DNA of 64,000 nt from positions 128,001 to 192,000 of the forward strand of contig CAVWUU010000002.1 in assembly GCA_963758295.1 (NCBI GenBank). The letters run 5' to 3'. The first letter of the stretch is position 1, and each line of letters begins with the position of its first letter. A model generated the notes under the pieces. The model did not search any database. It had not been told where the DNA came from and saw only the letters and a program-made list of their open reading frames with translations. The position numbers were made by a program, and so were the translations under genes. Shown piece after piece: positions 23,175-33,293 of this stretch. The stretch is from Candidatus Eremiobacteria bacterium (GTDB taxonomy: Bacteria > Vulcanimicrobiota > Vulcanimicrobiia > Vulcanimicrobiales > Vulcanimicrobiaceae).

Positions 23175-24272
23175 CTAACGATAGATGGAAAACGTCGTTC
23201 CGTTAACAGCGAATGAGACGCGGTCCCTTCCCGTGCGCTTGCTGTGATACATTGCCGCGTCGGCGACCTCCAATAGCTCGCTCGCCGAGCGCGCGTCATA
23301 GGGAAACGTTGCGACGCCGATACTTGCCGTGACGCCCGCCGGTACGGTGAACTTATGACGCCGGACGTCATCGCACAGGGCCTGGGCGCGCTCGATCGCC
23401 AGCGTCTTTTGCGCGTCGGAGATCAACGCACAGAACTCATCGCCGCCGTTGCGTCCGACGAGGTCCACTTCCGCAACGGTGTGCGCGCGAATGAGGCCGG
23501 CCATGGCTTGGAGGACCGTATCCCCCGCCGCGTGCCCGTACTCGTCGTTCACGGTCTTGAAACGATCGGTGTCGATGAACCACAACGTAAAGGTCTTATG
23601 CTGGCTCAAGCGGGCGCGATTGAGTTCTTCCGCGAGCCGGTTGCGAAACGCGCGAGGCGTGAGCAATCCGGTTAATCCATCGTAAGTTGCATCTGCTTTG
23701 TCGGCTTCCCGTTCCAACGCTAGCGCGTACGGCGACGTCGCGTGTTCGATGGTGCGGACGATCGCGTCTTCTTCGGCAATAGCGCAGCGCGCGGAAGAGA
23801 CATAAATCACGGCGCGCAGATTCGTTCCGTCGTGCATGGGAACCGCCAATCCGCCTCGGTCGGTCGGAAGAACGACGCCGTCCCTTCCCGATTCGCGATG
23901 CCCGGCCAAGGCGGCCCGCGCCGGCAACGAATCGTTTGAATCGCGCCGCAGCCGCGCCCGTTGGAAATGCTCCACGCGTTGGCCGCTTGCATAAACGCAT
24001 GCAAGCTCGTCGCCCGCAGGCGCAAATGCGAGAAATGCATCGATCTGCGGATCGCGCCGGCGAATCGTTTCATCGAGCGTTTCGATCACCGCTCCGCTGG
24101 AAACGCGGGAAGCATCGACGAGCGAACGCACCGCTTTGAGCAAAAAATCTTCATGGTGTTGCGTGCCAGGCCGGCCACGCTTTCGATTCGCGTGACGCCG
24201 CTTCGCGCGCCAGCCGGCCGTGAGTAACAACCCGAAGGGTAGGCCGAATAAAAGAATCAATACGCCAGACAT
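23175..24272 (-). CDS. Membrane-anchored GAF-like/GGDEF diguanylate cyclase
   Basis: N-terminal TM, DGLTGL, DTDRFKTVNDEYGHAAGD, RNGGDEF. Confidence 0.92.
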   Translation of the reverse strand: MSGVLILLFGLPFGLLLTAGWRAKRRHANRKRGRPGTQHHEDFLLKAVRSLVDASRVSSGAVIETLDETIRRRDPQIDAFLAFAPAGDELACVYASGQRVEHFQRARLRRDSNDSLPARAALAGHRESGRDGVVLPTDRGGLAVPMHDGTNLRAVIYVSSARCAIAEEDAIVRTIEHATSPYALALEREADKADATYDGLTGLLTPRAFRNRLAEELNRARLSQHKTFTLWFIDTDRFKTVNDEYGHAAGDTVLQAMAGLIRAHTVAEVDLVGRNGGDEFCALISDAQKTLAIERAQALCDDVRRHKFTVPAGVTASIGVATFPYDARSASELLEVADAAMYHSKRTGRDRVSFAVNGTTFSIYR

Positions 24273-24341
24273 CGCTCTATTCCGGAGAAGTGCCCTGCGC
24301 GCGGGGTTTCCGGACGTGCAAGTCAAGGCAGAAAACATACC

Positions 24342-25778
24342 GTGCTCGACCCCAAAGATTGGGCGGCGTTTCGAGATTTGAGCCACGCCGCGCTCGATGA
24401 TGCGCTCGACTACCTTCAGAATGTCGGCGAACGGCCGGCGTGGGAAGAGATGCCCGGCGAAGCGATCGCGAGGCTGAACGAACCGCTGCCGCAAGATGCG
24501 ACGGCGCTTGCCGACGTGTACGACGAGTTTTCCAATACGATTTTTCCGTATCACAGCGGCAACATTCACCCGCGATTCTTCGGTTGGGTGCAGGGAACCG
24601 GAACGCCGACCGGCGTCCTGGCCGAAATGCTCGCAGCAACCATGAACGCGAACGTCGGCGGCCGCAATCACGGCGCCGTTTATGTTGAACGCGCAGTGGT
24701 ACGTTGGTTTCTCGAGCTCTTTGGGTTTCCGTACGACGCGAGCGGCGTTTTAACTACCGGAACATCCGAAGCGAATCTCATTGCGGTCTTGGTCGCGCGC
24801 ACGCGCGAGCTTGGCCCGCAGGTGCGCGAACACGGCATCGATCTCTCCAAGGGCCGGTTGATGGCGTACGCTTCGACGGCAACGCATGGGTGCGTGCGCA
24901 GGGCATTTGAGGTCGCCGGTCTGGGCAGCGCTTCATTGCGCGTGCTTCCAACGGATTCGTTGCACCGTATCGATCCCGCGCGGGTTTCGCGTGCGATCGC
25001 CGAAGATCGCGCCGCCGGGCACCAGCCGTTCATGATCGTCGGAAACGCGGGTACCGTGGACGTGGGCGCCGTCGATCCGCTCGAAGACCTTGCGGAACTT
25101 GCGCAACGCGAAGCGCTGTGGTTTCATATCGACGGCGCTTTCGGAGCAACCGCGATGCTTTCGCCGAATCTCGCGCCACGATTCAAAGGCATCGAACGCG
25201 CTCATTCCATTGCTTTCGATTTTCACAAGTGGCTGCAGGCACCGTACGATGCGGGATGCCTGCTGGTTCGTGACGGAGAACTCCATCGTTCGACGTTTGC
25301 GTCGACGCCTTCGTATCTAACGCGCATGCCGCGCGGCCTCGCGAGCGCGCAACCGTGGTTCACCGACTTCACGATCGATCTTTCACGTGGTTTTCGCGCG
25401 TTGAAAGTGTGGTTTACGATCAAGCAGCTAGGTGCGCGCGCCATCGGCGAAGCAATGGAAGAGAACGTTCGCCAAGCGCGGCTGCTCGGCGACTTGATCG
25501 ACGGGGACGCCGATTTGGAACTGCTGGCGCCGGTTCAGCTGAACGTTGTGTGCTTCCGCTACCGTGCGCCGGTTACCGACGAATCCGCGCTCGACCGCTT
25601 CAATGATGAACTGGTGATTAGATTGCAAGAGAGCGGCGACGCGGTCGTCTCCTCAACGACCGTTTCCGGACACCGCGCGATTCGCGCCTGCATCGTCAAT
25701 CAGCGGACGCGCGATGAAGATCTCACCTTCACGCTCGATTCGCTCAAGCGCATTGCGGCCAATCTCATAGCATCCTAA
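24342..25778 (+). CDS. Group II PLP-dependent amino acid decarboxylase
   Basis: HPRFFGW, AGTVDVGAVDP, HIDGAFG, DFHKWL, SRGFRALKVW. Confidence 0.93.
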   Translation: MLDPKDWAAFRDLSHAALDDALDYLQNVGERPAWEEMPGEAIARLNEPLPQDATALADVYDEFSNTIFPYHSGNIHPRFFGWVQGTGTPTGVLAEMLAATMNANVGGRNHGAVYVERAVVRWFLELFGFPYDASGVLTTGTSEANLIAVLVARTRELGPQVREHGIDLSKGRLMAYASTATHGCVRRAFEVAGLGSASLRVLPTDSLHRIDPARVSRAIAEDRAAGHQPFMIVGNAGTVDVGAVDPLEDLAELAQREALWFHIDGAFGATAMLSPNLAPRFKGIERAHSIAFDFHKWLQAPYDAGCLLVRDGELHRSTFASTPSYLTRMPRGLASAQPWFTDFTIDLSRGFRALKVWFTIKQLGARAIGEAMEENVRQARLLGDLIDGDADLELLAPVQLNVVCFRYRAPVTDESALDRFNDELVIRLQESGDAVVSSTTVSGHRAIRACIVNQRTRDEDLTFTLDSLKRIAANLIAS

Positions 25779-25804
25779 GCGTTGGCGGGTATAGAGTGCG
25801 GGAT

Positions 25805-26254
25805 ATGAACTTCTCTCGCGTTTCTTCTACCTTCGTCGCTGCGCTTGCGTGCGCTGCGCTTGCAACGGCACCCGCGCTCGCGGACATTTCGGCCGGAGGC
25901 GGCGTTTTCGCCGGCAGCGGCAACGGCCAATCCACGAGCGGCGCGGCCGTCTTTCTAAGCACCGGTAAAGCAGTGCCCGTAGTTCCCGCCTCGATCGATC
26001 TCACGGGCTTCGCGCCCCTCGCGCGCGGCGGCGGTTATGCCGTTACGCTCGAAGGCCGTTTCGCGGCGGCCGGCAACGCTATCGGCGCCGGCTACGGCAT
26101 CGGCCAGTTCGGCGGCTCGCGTTCGAACGGCACGTTCACCGTCTTCTTCGACCACGCCGTCGCCCCGCTCACGTCTCTGGAACTCCGCGGTTACCAAACC
26201 ACCGGCACCAACAGCGCCACCGCCGGCTTCTTGGGCTTGCGCTTCTCGCTCTAG
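25805..26254 (+). CDS. Secreted Gly-rich beta-strand protein (small outer-membrane barrel-like)
   Basis: Signal peptide ending APALA, alternating amphipathic strands, C-terminal GLRFSL. Confidence 0.65.
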   Translation: MNFSRVSSTFVAALACAALATAPALADISAGGGVFAGSGNGQSTSGAAVFLSTGKAVPVVPASIDLTGFAPLARGGGYAVTLEGRFAAAGNAIGAGYGIGQFGGSRSNGTFTVFFDHAVAPLTSLELRGYQTTGTNSATAGFLGLRFSL

Positions 26255-26262
26255 TACTCACC

Positions 26263-26310
26263 GGTCATTTTACAGCTCTGTCGGAGGACGCCGGCGAGCT
26301 CAGGATGACT
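26263..26310. repeat. Imperfect inverted repeat, REP-like, between convergent genes
   Basis: GGTCATTTTACAGCTC...GAGCTCAGGATGACT; core AGCTCTGTCGGAGGACG resembles 54272-54287. Confidence 0.4.
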
Positions 26311-26325
26311 AGGGGTGAGGCAACC

Positions 26326-27687
26326 TCAAGATGACGGGGCGGTGGTTTTTTTTGTGAGCGCCTTGGCCGGGTTGCCGACGACGCGGTCGTTGGCGGCGAC
26401 GTCGCGGATGACGACGGCGCCGGCGCCGGTGAGAGCGTTATCCCCGATATTGACAGGGGCGACGAGCGAAGAGTTTGAGCCGATGAAAGCGTTCTTGCCG
26501 ATCGTGGTCTGGTTCTTGCGTACGCCGTCGTAGTTACACGTGATCGTGCCGGCGCCGATGTTCGTTCCCTCGCCGATCGTCGCGTCGCCGAGATAGCTAA
26601 GGTGGCCCGCTTTCACGCCGGCTTCGAGCGTCGACTTCTTGATCTCGACGAAATTGCCAATGTGCACCTGGTCGCCAAGGAAGACGCCGCCCCGCAGGTG
26701 CGCGAACGGACCGATTGAGACTTCGCTGCCGATTTCGCTGTCGGTGACGACGCTTTCACGAATGGTGACGTTGTCGCCGATCTTCGAGCCTGAAACGCGA
26801 ACGTTCGGACCGATAACCGAGTGGCTACCGATCTCGCTCAAGCGCGAAATTGTGGTGTTCGGATAAATGAGCGTATCGCGGCCGATGTTCAGTTCCGGTT
26901 CAAGGTAGGTCGTGTCCGGATCGACGATCGTGACGCCGTCGCGCATGTGCTGGGCGCAGATCCGCGCGTTCATCTCTTTGCGCGCCTTCGCCAATTCGAC
27001 CCGGTCGTTGATGCCGAGCACGTCCAGATGCTCGTCGGCAAGCACCGGGCGAACGGCCTTGCCGCGCTGCACGAAGTGCTCCACCGTATCGGTGAGATAG
27101 TACTCTTGCTGCGCGTTGTCGTTCTTCAACTGCGCAACGGCGTCACGCAGTTCGCTTTCGTCAAACGCATATATTCCCGCGTTCATTTCGTCGATGTCAA
27201 GCTCTTGGGCCGAAGCGTCGCGGACTTCGACGATGCGTTCGACGCCTTCGCCGTTGCGGACGATCCTGCCGAAGTTAGAAGGCAGCGGCATCTTCACCGT
27301 TACGAGGGACATCGCGGCGCGGCCGCCATGCGATTCCAGGGAGTGAATCATGCTGCTGAAAATTTCGTCGGTAACCAGCGGCATGTCGCCGTAAGCTACG
27401 ACGATTCGTCCCCCGTCATTCGTTTCCAGCGCCTCGAGCGCAACCTTCACCGCATGGCCCGTGCCGAGTTGCTCCGGTTGGACGATGCTTCGCACGCCGA
27501 AATCGCCGATACGGGTTTCCAGCTCTTCATTGGTGACGACGAGAACGTCGTGGATGCCGGCACGGCGAAGCGCGTTAACCGTGTACCACAGCATTGGGCG
27601 CCCGCAAAGCTCGTGCAAGACCTTCGGCGTTGCGCTCTTCATGCGCGTGCCTTTGCCGGCGGCTAAAACGATCGCGCGCACCATCAT
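26326..27687 (-). CDS. glmU: Bifunctional UDP-GlcNAc pyrophosphorylase / GlcN-1-P acetyltransferase
   Basis: LAAGKGTRMKS, EQLGTGHAV, EYYLTD, hexapeptide repeats, HLSYLGD, NYDG; ATGA overlap with gltX. Confidence 0.98.
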   Translation of the reverse strand: MMVRAIVLAAGKGTRMKSATPKVLHELCGRPMLWYTVNALRRAGIHDVLVVTNEELETRIGDFGVRSIVQPEQLGTGHAVKVALEALETNDGGRIVVAYGDMPLVTDEIFSSMIHSLESHGGRAAMSLVTVKMPLPSNFGRIVRNGEGVERIVEVRDASAQELDIDEMNAGIYAFDESELRDAVAQLKNDNAQQEYYLTDTVEHFVQRGKAVRPVLADEHLDVLGINDRVELAKARKEMNARICAQHMRDGVTIVDPDTTYLEPELNIGRDTLIYPNTTISRLSEIGSHSVIGPNVRVSGSKIGDNVTIRESVVTDSEIGSEVSIGPFAHLRGGVFLGDQVHIGNFVEIKKSTLEAGVKAGHLSYLGDATIGEGTNIGAGTITCNYDGVRKNQTTIGKNAFIGSNSSLVAPVNIGDNALTGAGAVVIRDVAANDRVVGNPAKALTKKTTAPSS

Positions 27688-29201
27688 ACCGCACTCTCCT
27701 GAAGCGGAGCCGCCAGCTTTTTCCATTCATCTTGTTCTTTTTTGCTGGGCGCGCCGAGCAAACCGAGCGCGTAGCGGAAACGTTCGCGAACGATCTCACG
27801 ACCAAGCAATTCCATGGAGTCGAAGAGCGGAATCGATGTCGGGCTTCCCGAGATTGCGACGTAATAAAGGCGCGAAAGGTCGCGGAACTTGGCACCGAGA
27901 TCGACTGCAATACCCTTAAGCACGCCTTCAATGCCCGTCATGTCGTAAGTGGTGAGCTCATCCAAACGCCATTGCGCGAGCGCGAGCGCCTTGCGGGCGG
28001 TCACCGAGTCGATTTTTGCGTGAAGCAAATCGCCGGCGTTGAGAGTCAGACGTCCGGAATAGAGAAACGATACTAGAGGCGCTACGTCACTCAACCGTTC
28101 GACGCGTCCCTGCGCGAGGCCGAGAATCCGTTGCTGTTTCGCGGGAATCTGCGCGGCCGAAGCGCCAACGCCGAAGGCCCAATCAGCGTAGATTTCGCTG
28201 AACTGCGAAGGCGCATGCCGCCGAAGGCGCTGTCCGTTGAGCCAATCCAACTTTGCAACGTCGAAAACCGGACCGCCGAGCGGAACGTGGTCCAGCTGGA
28301 AGCGGCCGACCATTTCCTGAAGCGACATCAGCTCGTCTTGACCTTCGTGCACGGCGTTCGAAAGCAGGCCGAGGAAGTTCATGAGCGCTTCGGGCAGATA
28401 TCCCATCGCCTTGTAAAACAGAATGCCGGTCGGGTTCTTCCGTTTCGAAAGTTTCGACTTATCAGGATTGCGCAGCAGCGGCAAGTGCATGAGCTTCGGT
28501 GGTTCCCAACCGAAGTACTGATACAACAGCAGATGCTTGGGAGCGCTCGAAACCCACTCTTCACCGCGGATTACGTGGGTGATTTCCATCAAGTGATCGT
28601 CGACGACGTTGGCTAGATGGTACGTGGGCAGGCCGTCGGACTTCATCAAGACTTGCATGTCGACGGTCTTCCACTCGATCTCGATCTTGCCGCGACGAAG
28701 GTCCTCGACGATGCAGATTCCGTCGCTCGGCACCCGCATGCGAACCACGTGCGGCTCACCCGCCGTTTCCCGGCGCACGATCTCTTCGGGAGAATACGTC
28801 AGACAGAGGCCGTCGTAGCGCGGCGGCAGGCCGGCTGCGCGCTGCGCCACGCGCATGTCTTCCAAGCGCGCCGGCGTGCAGAAACACTTGAACGCGTGAC
28901 CCGCGTCGATAAGTTGCTGAACGTATTCTTTGTAGATATCGGAGCGTTCGCTCTGACGGTACGGCCCGTGCGGGCCGCCAATGTCGGGGCCTTCATCCCA
29001 CGACAACCCGCACCAATGCAGTGAATCGAGGATCGCTGCTTCGCTTTCGGGAGTGCTGCGAATCTGATCCGTATCCTCGATACGGAGCAGAAAATCGCCG
29101 CCGTGATGTTTGGCGAAGCAGTAATTCACCAGCGCGACATACGCCGTGCCGACGTGCGGATCGCCCGTCGGAGACGGAGCGATGCGAGTCCGAACCTTCA
29201 A
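27684..29201 (-). CDS. gltX: Glutamate-tRNA ligase
   Basis: RIAPSPTGDPHVGT, LRIEDTD, THVIRGEEW, KLSKR; TTG start. Confidence 0.97.
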   Translation of the reverse strand: MKVRTRIAPSPTGDPHVGTAYVALVNYCFAKHHGGDFLLRIEDTDQIRSTPESEAAILDSLHWCGLSWDEGPDIGGPHGPYRQSERSDIYKEYVQQLIDAGHAFKCFCTPARLEDMRVAQRAAGLPPRYDGLCLTYSPEEIVRRETAGEPHVVRMRVPSDGICIVEDLRRGKIEIEWKTVDMQVLMKSDGLPTYHLANVVDDHLMEITHVIRGEEWVSSAPKHLLLYQYFGWEPPKLMHLPLLRNPDKSKLSKRKNPTGILFYKAMGYLPEALMNFLGLLSNAVHEGQDELMSLQEMVGRFQLDHVPLGGPVFDVAKLDWLNGQRLRRHAPSQFSEIYADWAFGVGASAAQIPAKQQRILGLAQGRVERLSDVAPLVSFLYSGRLTLNAGDLLHAKIDSVTARKALALAQWRLDELTTYDMTGIEGVLKGIAVDLGAKFRDLSRLYYVAISGSPTSIPLFDSMELLGREIVRERFRYALGLLGAPSKKEQDEWKKLAAPLQESAV

Positions 29202-29227
29202 AATATTCCTTCGGCTTTGGTCAGGGT

Positions 29228-29644
29228 CTAGCCGACCAGCTGGCGGCGTTTGCCGCATTCGGCTTCAACGAAATCGATGATCTCTTGCAACGGCGCACCC
29301 GGCGTAAAGATCGCCTTGACACCTTTGCTCTTCAATTCCGTTGCATCTTCGGGTGGAATGGTTCCACCGCCGAAAAACACGACGTCTTCGGCCCCTTGCG
29401 CTTTCAGTTGCTCGAGCACGAGCGGGAAAAGCGTCATGTGCGCGCCGGAAAGGATTGAAAGGCCGATGCCGTCGGCATCTTCCTGAATCGCCGTTTGCAC
29501 GATCTGCTCGGGCGTTTGAAATAACCCGGTGTAAATAACTTCCATGCCGGCGTCGCGCAATGCGCGCGCGATCACTTTGGCTCCGCGATCGTGGCCGTCC
29601 AGGCCGGCTTTAGCGACGATGATACGCAGTGGTCGGTTGGCCAT
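29228..29644 (-). CDS. icmB: Acyl-CoA mutase small, cobalamin-binding subunit (IcmB-like)
   Basis: GLDGHDRG base-off/His-on motif, SILSGAH, GGGTIP. Confidence 0.85.
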   Translation of the reverse strand: MANRPLRIIVAKAGLDGHDRGAKVIARALRDAGMEVIYTGLFQTPEQIVQTAIQEDADGIGLSILSGAHMTLFPLVLEQLKAQGAEDVVFFGGGTIPPEDATELKSKGVKAIFTPGAPLQEIIDFVEAECGKRRQLVG

Positions 29645-29759
29645 ATTGTCCTTTGTCTTGGAGTTCCTGACTTAAGCGCAATGCTTCTTCGAACTTGCGC
29701 TTTACTTCGGCGAGGGTACGGCGCGCGCGGTGCCGTTCCAATTCGCTGCGTACGCGCAT
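29610..29759 (-). CDS. Putative 49-aa helical small protein
   Basis: ATG overlaps the mutase stop (TAATG) and the ORF fills the gap to icm[50 protein letters not shown]. Confidence 0.5.
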   Translation of the reverse strand: MRVRSELERHRARRTLAEVKRKFEEALRLSQELQDKGQYGQPTTAYHRR

Positions 29760-31471
29760 TAGAATACCGAGCGCTCCGTGTAGCGGCCGTACACCGATGC
29801 CATCGTTTCGACGATTTCGCCTTCGGTGCAGTACGCATTGACGCAATCGATGAGGTGAGGCATCAGGTTGTCCTTCGGATCGCGGCATGCTTTTTGCAGG
29901 CGATCGAGCGTGGCTTGTACCAGCGCCCCGTCGCGCGATGACCGGATCTGCTGCAGCGAATGCGCCTGTCCTTGCGCCACTTCGTCGGTGATTTTCAGAA
30001 GATCGATTTCCGAGTCGTCAGCGGGACGCTGGAAGGCGTTGACGCCGACGATTACGCGATCTTTCGACTCGATCGAACGCTGATAACGATAGCTCGCCTC
30101 GGCGATCTCTTTTTGGAAGAAGCCGGCTTCGATCGCTTCGACCACGCCGCCGTACTCTTCGATCTGCGCGAAGTACGCTTCGGCTTGGCGCTCCATTTCG
30201 TCCGTGAGCGCTTCGATGAAGTACGAACCGCCGAGCGGGTCGACAACGTTCGTGACGTTCGTTTCATACGCCAGGACTTGCTGCGTGCGCAGCGCGATCT
30301 CTACCGATTTTTCGGTCGGCAGGGCCAGGACTTCGTCCATCGAGTTGGTGTGCAGTGACTGCGTGCCACCGAGCACCGCCGCCATCGCTTCGTACGCAAC
30401 GCGCACGATGTTATTCTCGGGCTGTTGCGCAGTTGCGCTGCAGCCGGCCGTCTGCGTGTGGAAGCGCAGCTGCCACGATTTCGGGTTCTTCGCGCCGTAC
30501 TTCTCGCGCATATGGCGCGCGTAGATACGGCGCGCAGCGCGGAACTTGGCGATCTCTTCGAAGAAATCGATGTGCGAATTGAAGAAGTACGATAGACGCG
30601 GCGCAAAAGAGTCAACGTCCAGTCCGCGCGCCATAGCCGCTTCGACGTACGCAAAGCCGTCGGCCAGCGTAAACGCCAATTCCTGGGCAGCCGTAGATCC
30701 CGCTTCGCGAATGTGATAGCCCGAAATAGAGATGGTGTTCCACTTCGGCATTTCGGCCGTGCAGAACTCGATCATGTCGACGATCACGCGCATGTGGGGA
30801 CGGGGCGGGAAGATCCACTCTTTCTGCGCGATGTACTCTTTGAGAATGTCGGCTTGAATCGTGCCGCCGAGCTTCGCGCGCGGAATGCCCTTTTTCTCGG
30901 CCGCGGCAATGTATTGCGCAACGGCGATGGCCGCCGGGCCGTTGATCGTCATCGACGTAGTGATGTCGCCCATGTCGATGCCGTCGAAGAGCACTTCCAT
31001 GTCATGCAGCGTGTCGATCGCGACGCCGCACTTGCCCACTTCACCGCGCGCTTGGGGCGCGTCGGAGTCGTAACCCATAAGGGTCGGCATATCGAAGGCG
31101 ACGGACAAGCCGTGCTGGCCTTGCGAGAGCAAAAAGTGATACCGCTCGTTCGTCTGCTTGGCGTTGCCGAAGCCGGCGAACTGGCGCATCGTCCACAAGC
31201 GATCGCGATATCCGTTGGGATGGATGCCACGCGTGTACGGATACGAGCCTGGCCACGACAGATCGCGAGCTAAGTCGAGATGCGCCACGTCTTCCGGACC
31301 ATAAACGGTCTTCAACGGCACATCGGAGATCGTGCGATCTACGGCGCCGGAGCCCGGGCCTTTGCGCGCTTTGCCCTTCGCCGACGCGGCTTCCCAAGTT
31401 CGCTTTTCTTCTTCAAACTCGGGGGTCGGCTGCGCGCCGAGCCCGCTCGGGCGATCGATCATCTTGGCCAA
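29759..31471 (-). CDS. icmA: B12-dependent acyl-CoA mutase large subunit, isobutyryl-CoA mutase type
   Basis: [47 protein letters not shown]. Confidence 0.85.
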   Translation of the reverse strand: MAKMIDRPSGLGAQPTPEFEEEKRTWEAASAKGKARKGPGSGAVDRTISDVPLKTVYGPEDVAHLDLARDLSWPGSYPYTRGIHPNGYRDRLWTMRQFAGFGNAKQTNERYHFLLSQGQHGLSVAFDMPTLMGYDSDAPQARGEVGKCGVAIDTLHDMEVLFDGIDMGDITTSMTINGPAAIAVAQYIAAAEKKGIPRAKLGGTIQADILKEYIAQKEWIFPPRPHMRVIVDMIEFCTAEMPKWNTISISGYHIREAGSTAAQELAFTLADGFAYVEAAMARGLDVDSFAPRLSYFFNSHIDFFEEIAKFRAARRIYARHMREKYGAKNPKSWQLRFHTQTAGCSATAQQPENNIVRVAYEAMAAVLGGTQSLHTNSMDEVLALPTEKSVEIALRTQQVLAYETNVTNVVDPLGGSYFIEALTDEMERQAEAYFAQIEEYGGVVEAIEAGFFQKEIAEASYRYQRSIESKDRVIVGVNAFQRPADDSEIDLLKITDEVAQGQAHSLQQIRSSRDGALVQATLDRLQKACRDPKDNLMPHLIDCVNAYCTEGEIVETMASVYGRYTERSVF

Positions 31472-31549
31472 GACGGAATTCCTCTTTAGATGGATGTCGG
31501 AACCGATATTCTCCCAAAGCCCGGTCCGCCCCGCAACCCACTTGGTCGG

Positions 31550-32521
31550 CTAGGACAGACCCTTGACTACCGCGCGCGGCCGGATGGAAGTTTCCGTCTC
31601 GGCTTCTTCCCCATTTCCGCCGAAGTGCGCGAGCAACGCGTCGGCTGCGGCATAGGGGTCGACGTTGGGCCGGACCCCGTGGAGTTCGTGCTCGAGGCGC
31701 CGCTGCAAGCGGCCGAGCGCAAGCTGGCGCACTTGGTGGGCGAAGGCTTCTCTACGCTTCGCTTCGATCTCGCCCGTCTCATGAAGGTAGGCTTCGTGAC
31801 TCTCGATAGCCGTCCACAGCTCGTCGATGCCTTCACCGGCGAGCGCCTGGGTCATCACCAGTTCCGGCACCCAGCCGGTGAACTGAAGCATCTCCATCAT
31901 CCCGCGAATCTCGCGGCGCATTTGGTTGGCCATCGGGTGGTCGGCTTTGTTCACGACGAAGATGTCGGCAATTTCCATGATGCCCGCTTTTAGCACCTGA
32001 ATCGAATCGCCGCTGCCGGGCTGAAGCGCAACGAGCGTGGTTTGCGCAAGCTCGGCGATCTCGATTTCGCTTTGTCCCACGCCGACCGTTTCGATGAGAA
32101 TAATGTCTAGACCAAAGGCGTCCATGAGTAACACGGCGTCGGCCGTCGCGCCGGCGACACCGCCGAGATGCCCCCGGCTCGCCATCGAACGAATAAAGAC
32201 GTCGGGATCGACGAAATGCTCGGTGAGGCGAATGCGGTCGCCCAACAAAGCGCCGTGCGAGAACGGGGAACTTGGGTCGACCGAAATCACACCGACCGTT
32301 TTGTTGAGCGAACGCGCTTTGCGCACGATCGCAGAAGACAGCGTCGACTTGCCGACGCCGGGCGGCCCGGTGAGACCGATGGTCGTCGCGCGTCCCGTGC
32401 GGGGATAAAGACGGCGAATCAGCTCGGCGCCGCGGCCGCTTTCGGCCCACGAAATCGCGCGCGCAAGCCCTCGCGGGCGGCCGGCTTCGAACTCTTGCAG
32501 CAGGGCGTTCAAGGTGTCCAT
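31550..32521 (-). CDS. meaB: Mutase-associated G-protein chaperone (MeaB/ArgK family)
   Basis: GLTGPPGVGKST, VDPSSP, LGDRIR, ETVGVGQSE, NKAD. Confidence 0.95.
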   Translation of the reverse strand: MDTLNALLQEFEAGRPRGLARAISWAESGRGAELIRRLYPRTGRATTIGLTGPPGVGKSTLSSAIVRKARSLNKTVGVISVDPSSPFSHGALLGDRIRLTEHFVDPDVFIRSMASRGHLGGVAGATADAVLLMDAFGLDIILIETVGVGQSEIEIAELAQTTLVALQPGSGDSIQVLKAGIMEIADIFVVNKADHPMANQMRREIRGMMEMLQFTGWVPELVMTQALAGEGIDELWTAIESHEAYLHETGEIEAKRREAFAHQVRQLALGRLQRRLEHELHGVRPNVDPYAAADALLAHFGGNGEEAETETSIRPRAVVKGLS

Positions 32522-32574
32522 CGAGCTTGTCAAAGTATCGGGAGGTTTGCGAGCCTCGCTGCGGCGCCCCTTCC

Positions 32575-33285
32575 CTACGGGGCGCTTACGTCGACGCCGC
32601 CGTTCGATGTAGCAATCGACGCGGTGCCCGGCCCGCCGGCTTTTGCAAACGGATTGACCGTTCCGCCGTTGGAAGTTTGCGTCGTCACGCGCGTGTGAAA
32701 ATCGGAAGGGACGCGAAGCGATACGCCGCCGTTGCTGCTGCGAATGCGGATTTGCGGCGCCCGGCCCGCGAGCGAGGCGATCCCGACGTCGACACCGCCG
32801 TTCGATGTCTCGACGGTTACCACAGGACCCGCGCCGGTGACCGAAACGCCCCCATTGCTCGTTCTTACCGTCAGCGATCCGCGAACGTCTTGCACCTCCA
32901 TACCGGAATTGTCCGATTCCGCCGTAACGGCAACGCCTTCGGGCACGTGGACCGTCCACCGGAGCGTCGTTCCGCTCGTCTGAATCAATCCGAAGAAGAC
33001 ACTGGAACCGGAGCCGTCGCCCGACGGGGCCACCTTCACGGTATTGCCTTCACGGGAGATGGTGGGAACGACGTGGTTTCCGTTGTTGCGCTCGGAGGTC
33101 TGCTCTACGCTCACCTCTGCTTTGCTCCAGCCGACGACTTTCAGCGCCACTGTGAGGTGATTGAAGCCGCGCGTTTCGATCGAGACGTTGCCGCCGGAGG
33201 GAACGTTCACCGGTGCCTGAGCGGCAAAGCATGAGCCGGCGGCAAAAACGAACGCCGCAACCGCCGTCAAAAGAAATCGTTTCAT
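32575..33285 (-). CDS. Secreted DUF4097-like beta-strand repeat protein
   Basis: Signal peptide and five (T/S)SNGG repeats. Confidence 0.8.
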   Translation of the reverse strand: MKRFLLTAVAAFVFAAGSCFAAQAPVNVPSGGNVSIETRGFNHLTVALKVVGWSKAEVSVEQTSERNNGNHVVPTISREGNTVKVAPSGDGSGSSVFFGLIQTSGTTLRWTVHVPEGVAVTAESDNSGMEVQDVRGSLTVRTSNGGVSVTGAGPVVTVETSNGGVDVGIASLAGRAPQIRIRSSNGGVSLRVPSDFHTRVTTQTSNGGTVNPFAKAGGPGTASIATSNGGVDVSAP

Positions 33286-33293
33286 CGTAGAGA

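Noticed and set aside
26255..26325. tRNA-Gln, often found near glmU
   Set aside because: No cloverleaf or TTCGA T-loop
32575..32900. Recurrent CCGCCGTT-type DNA repeats, possible CRISPR
   Set aside because: They encode the SNGG protein repeats; no constant repeat-spacer structure and no cas genes
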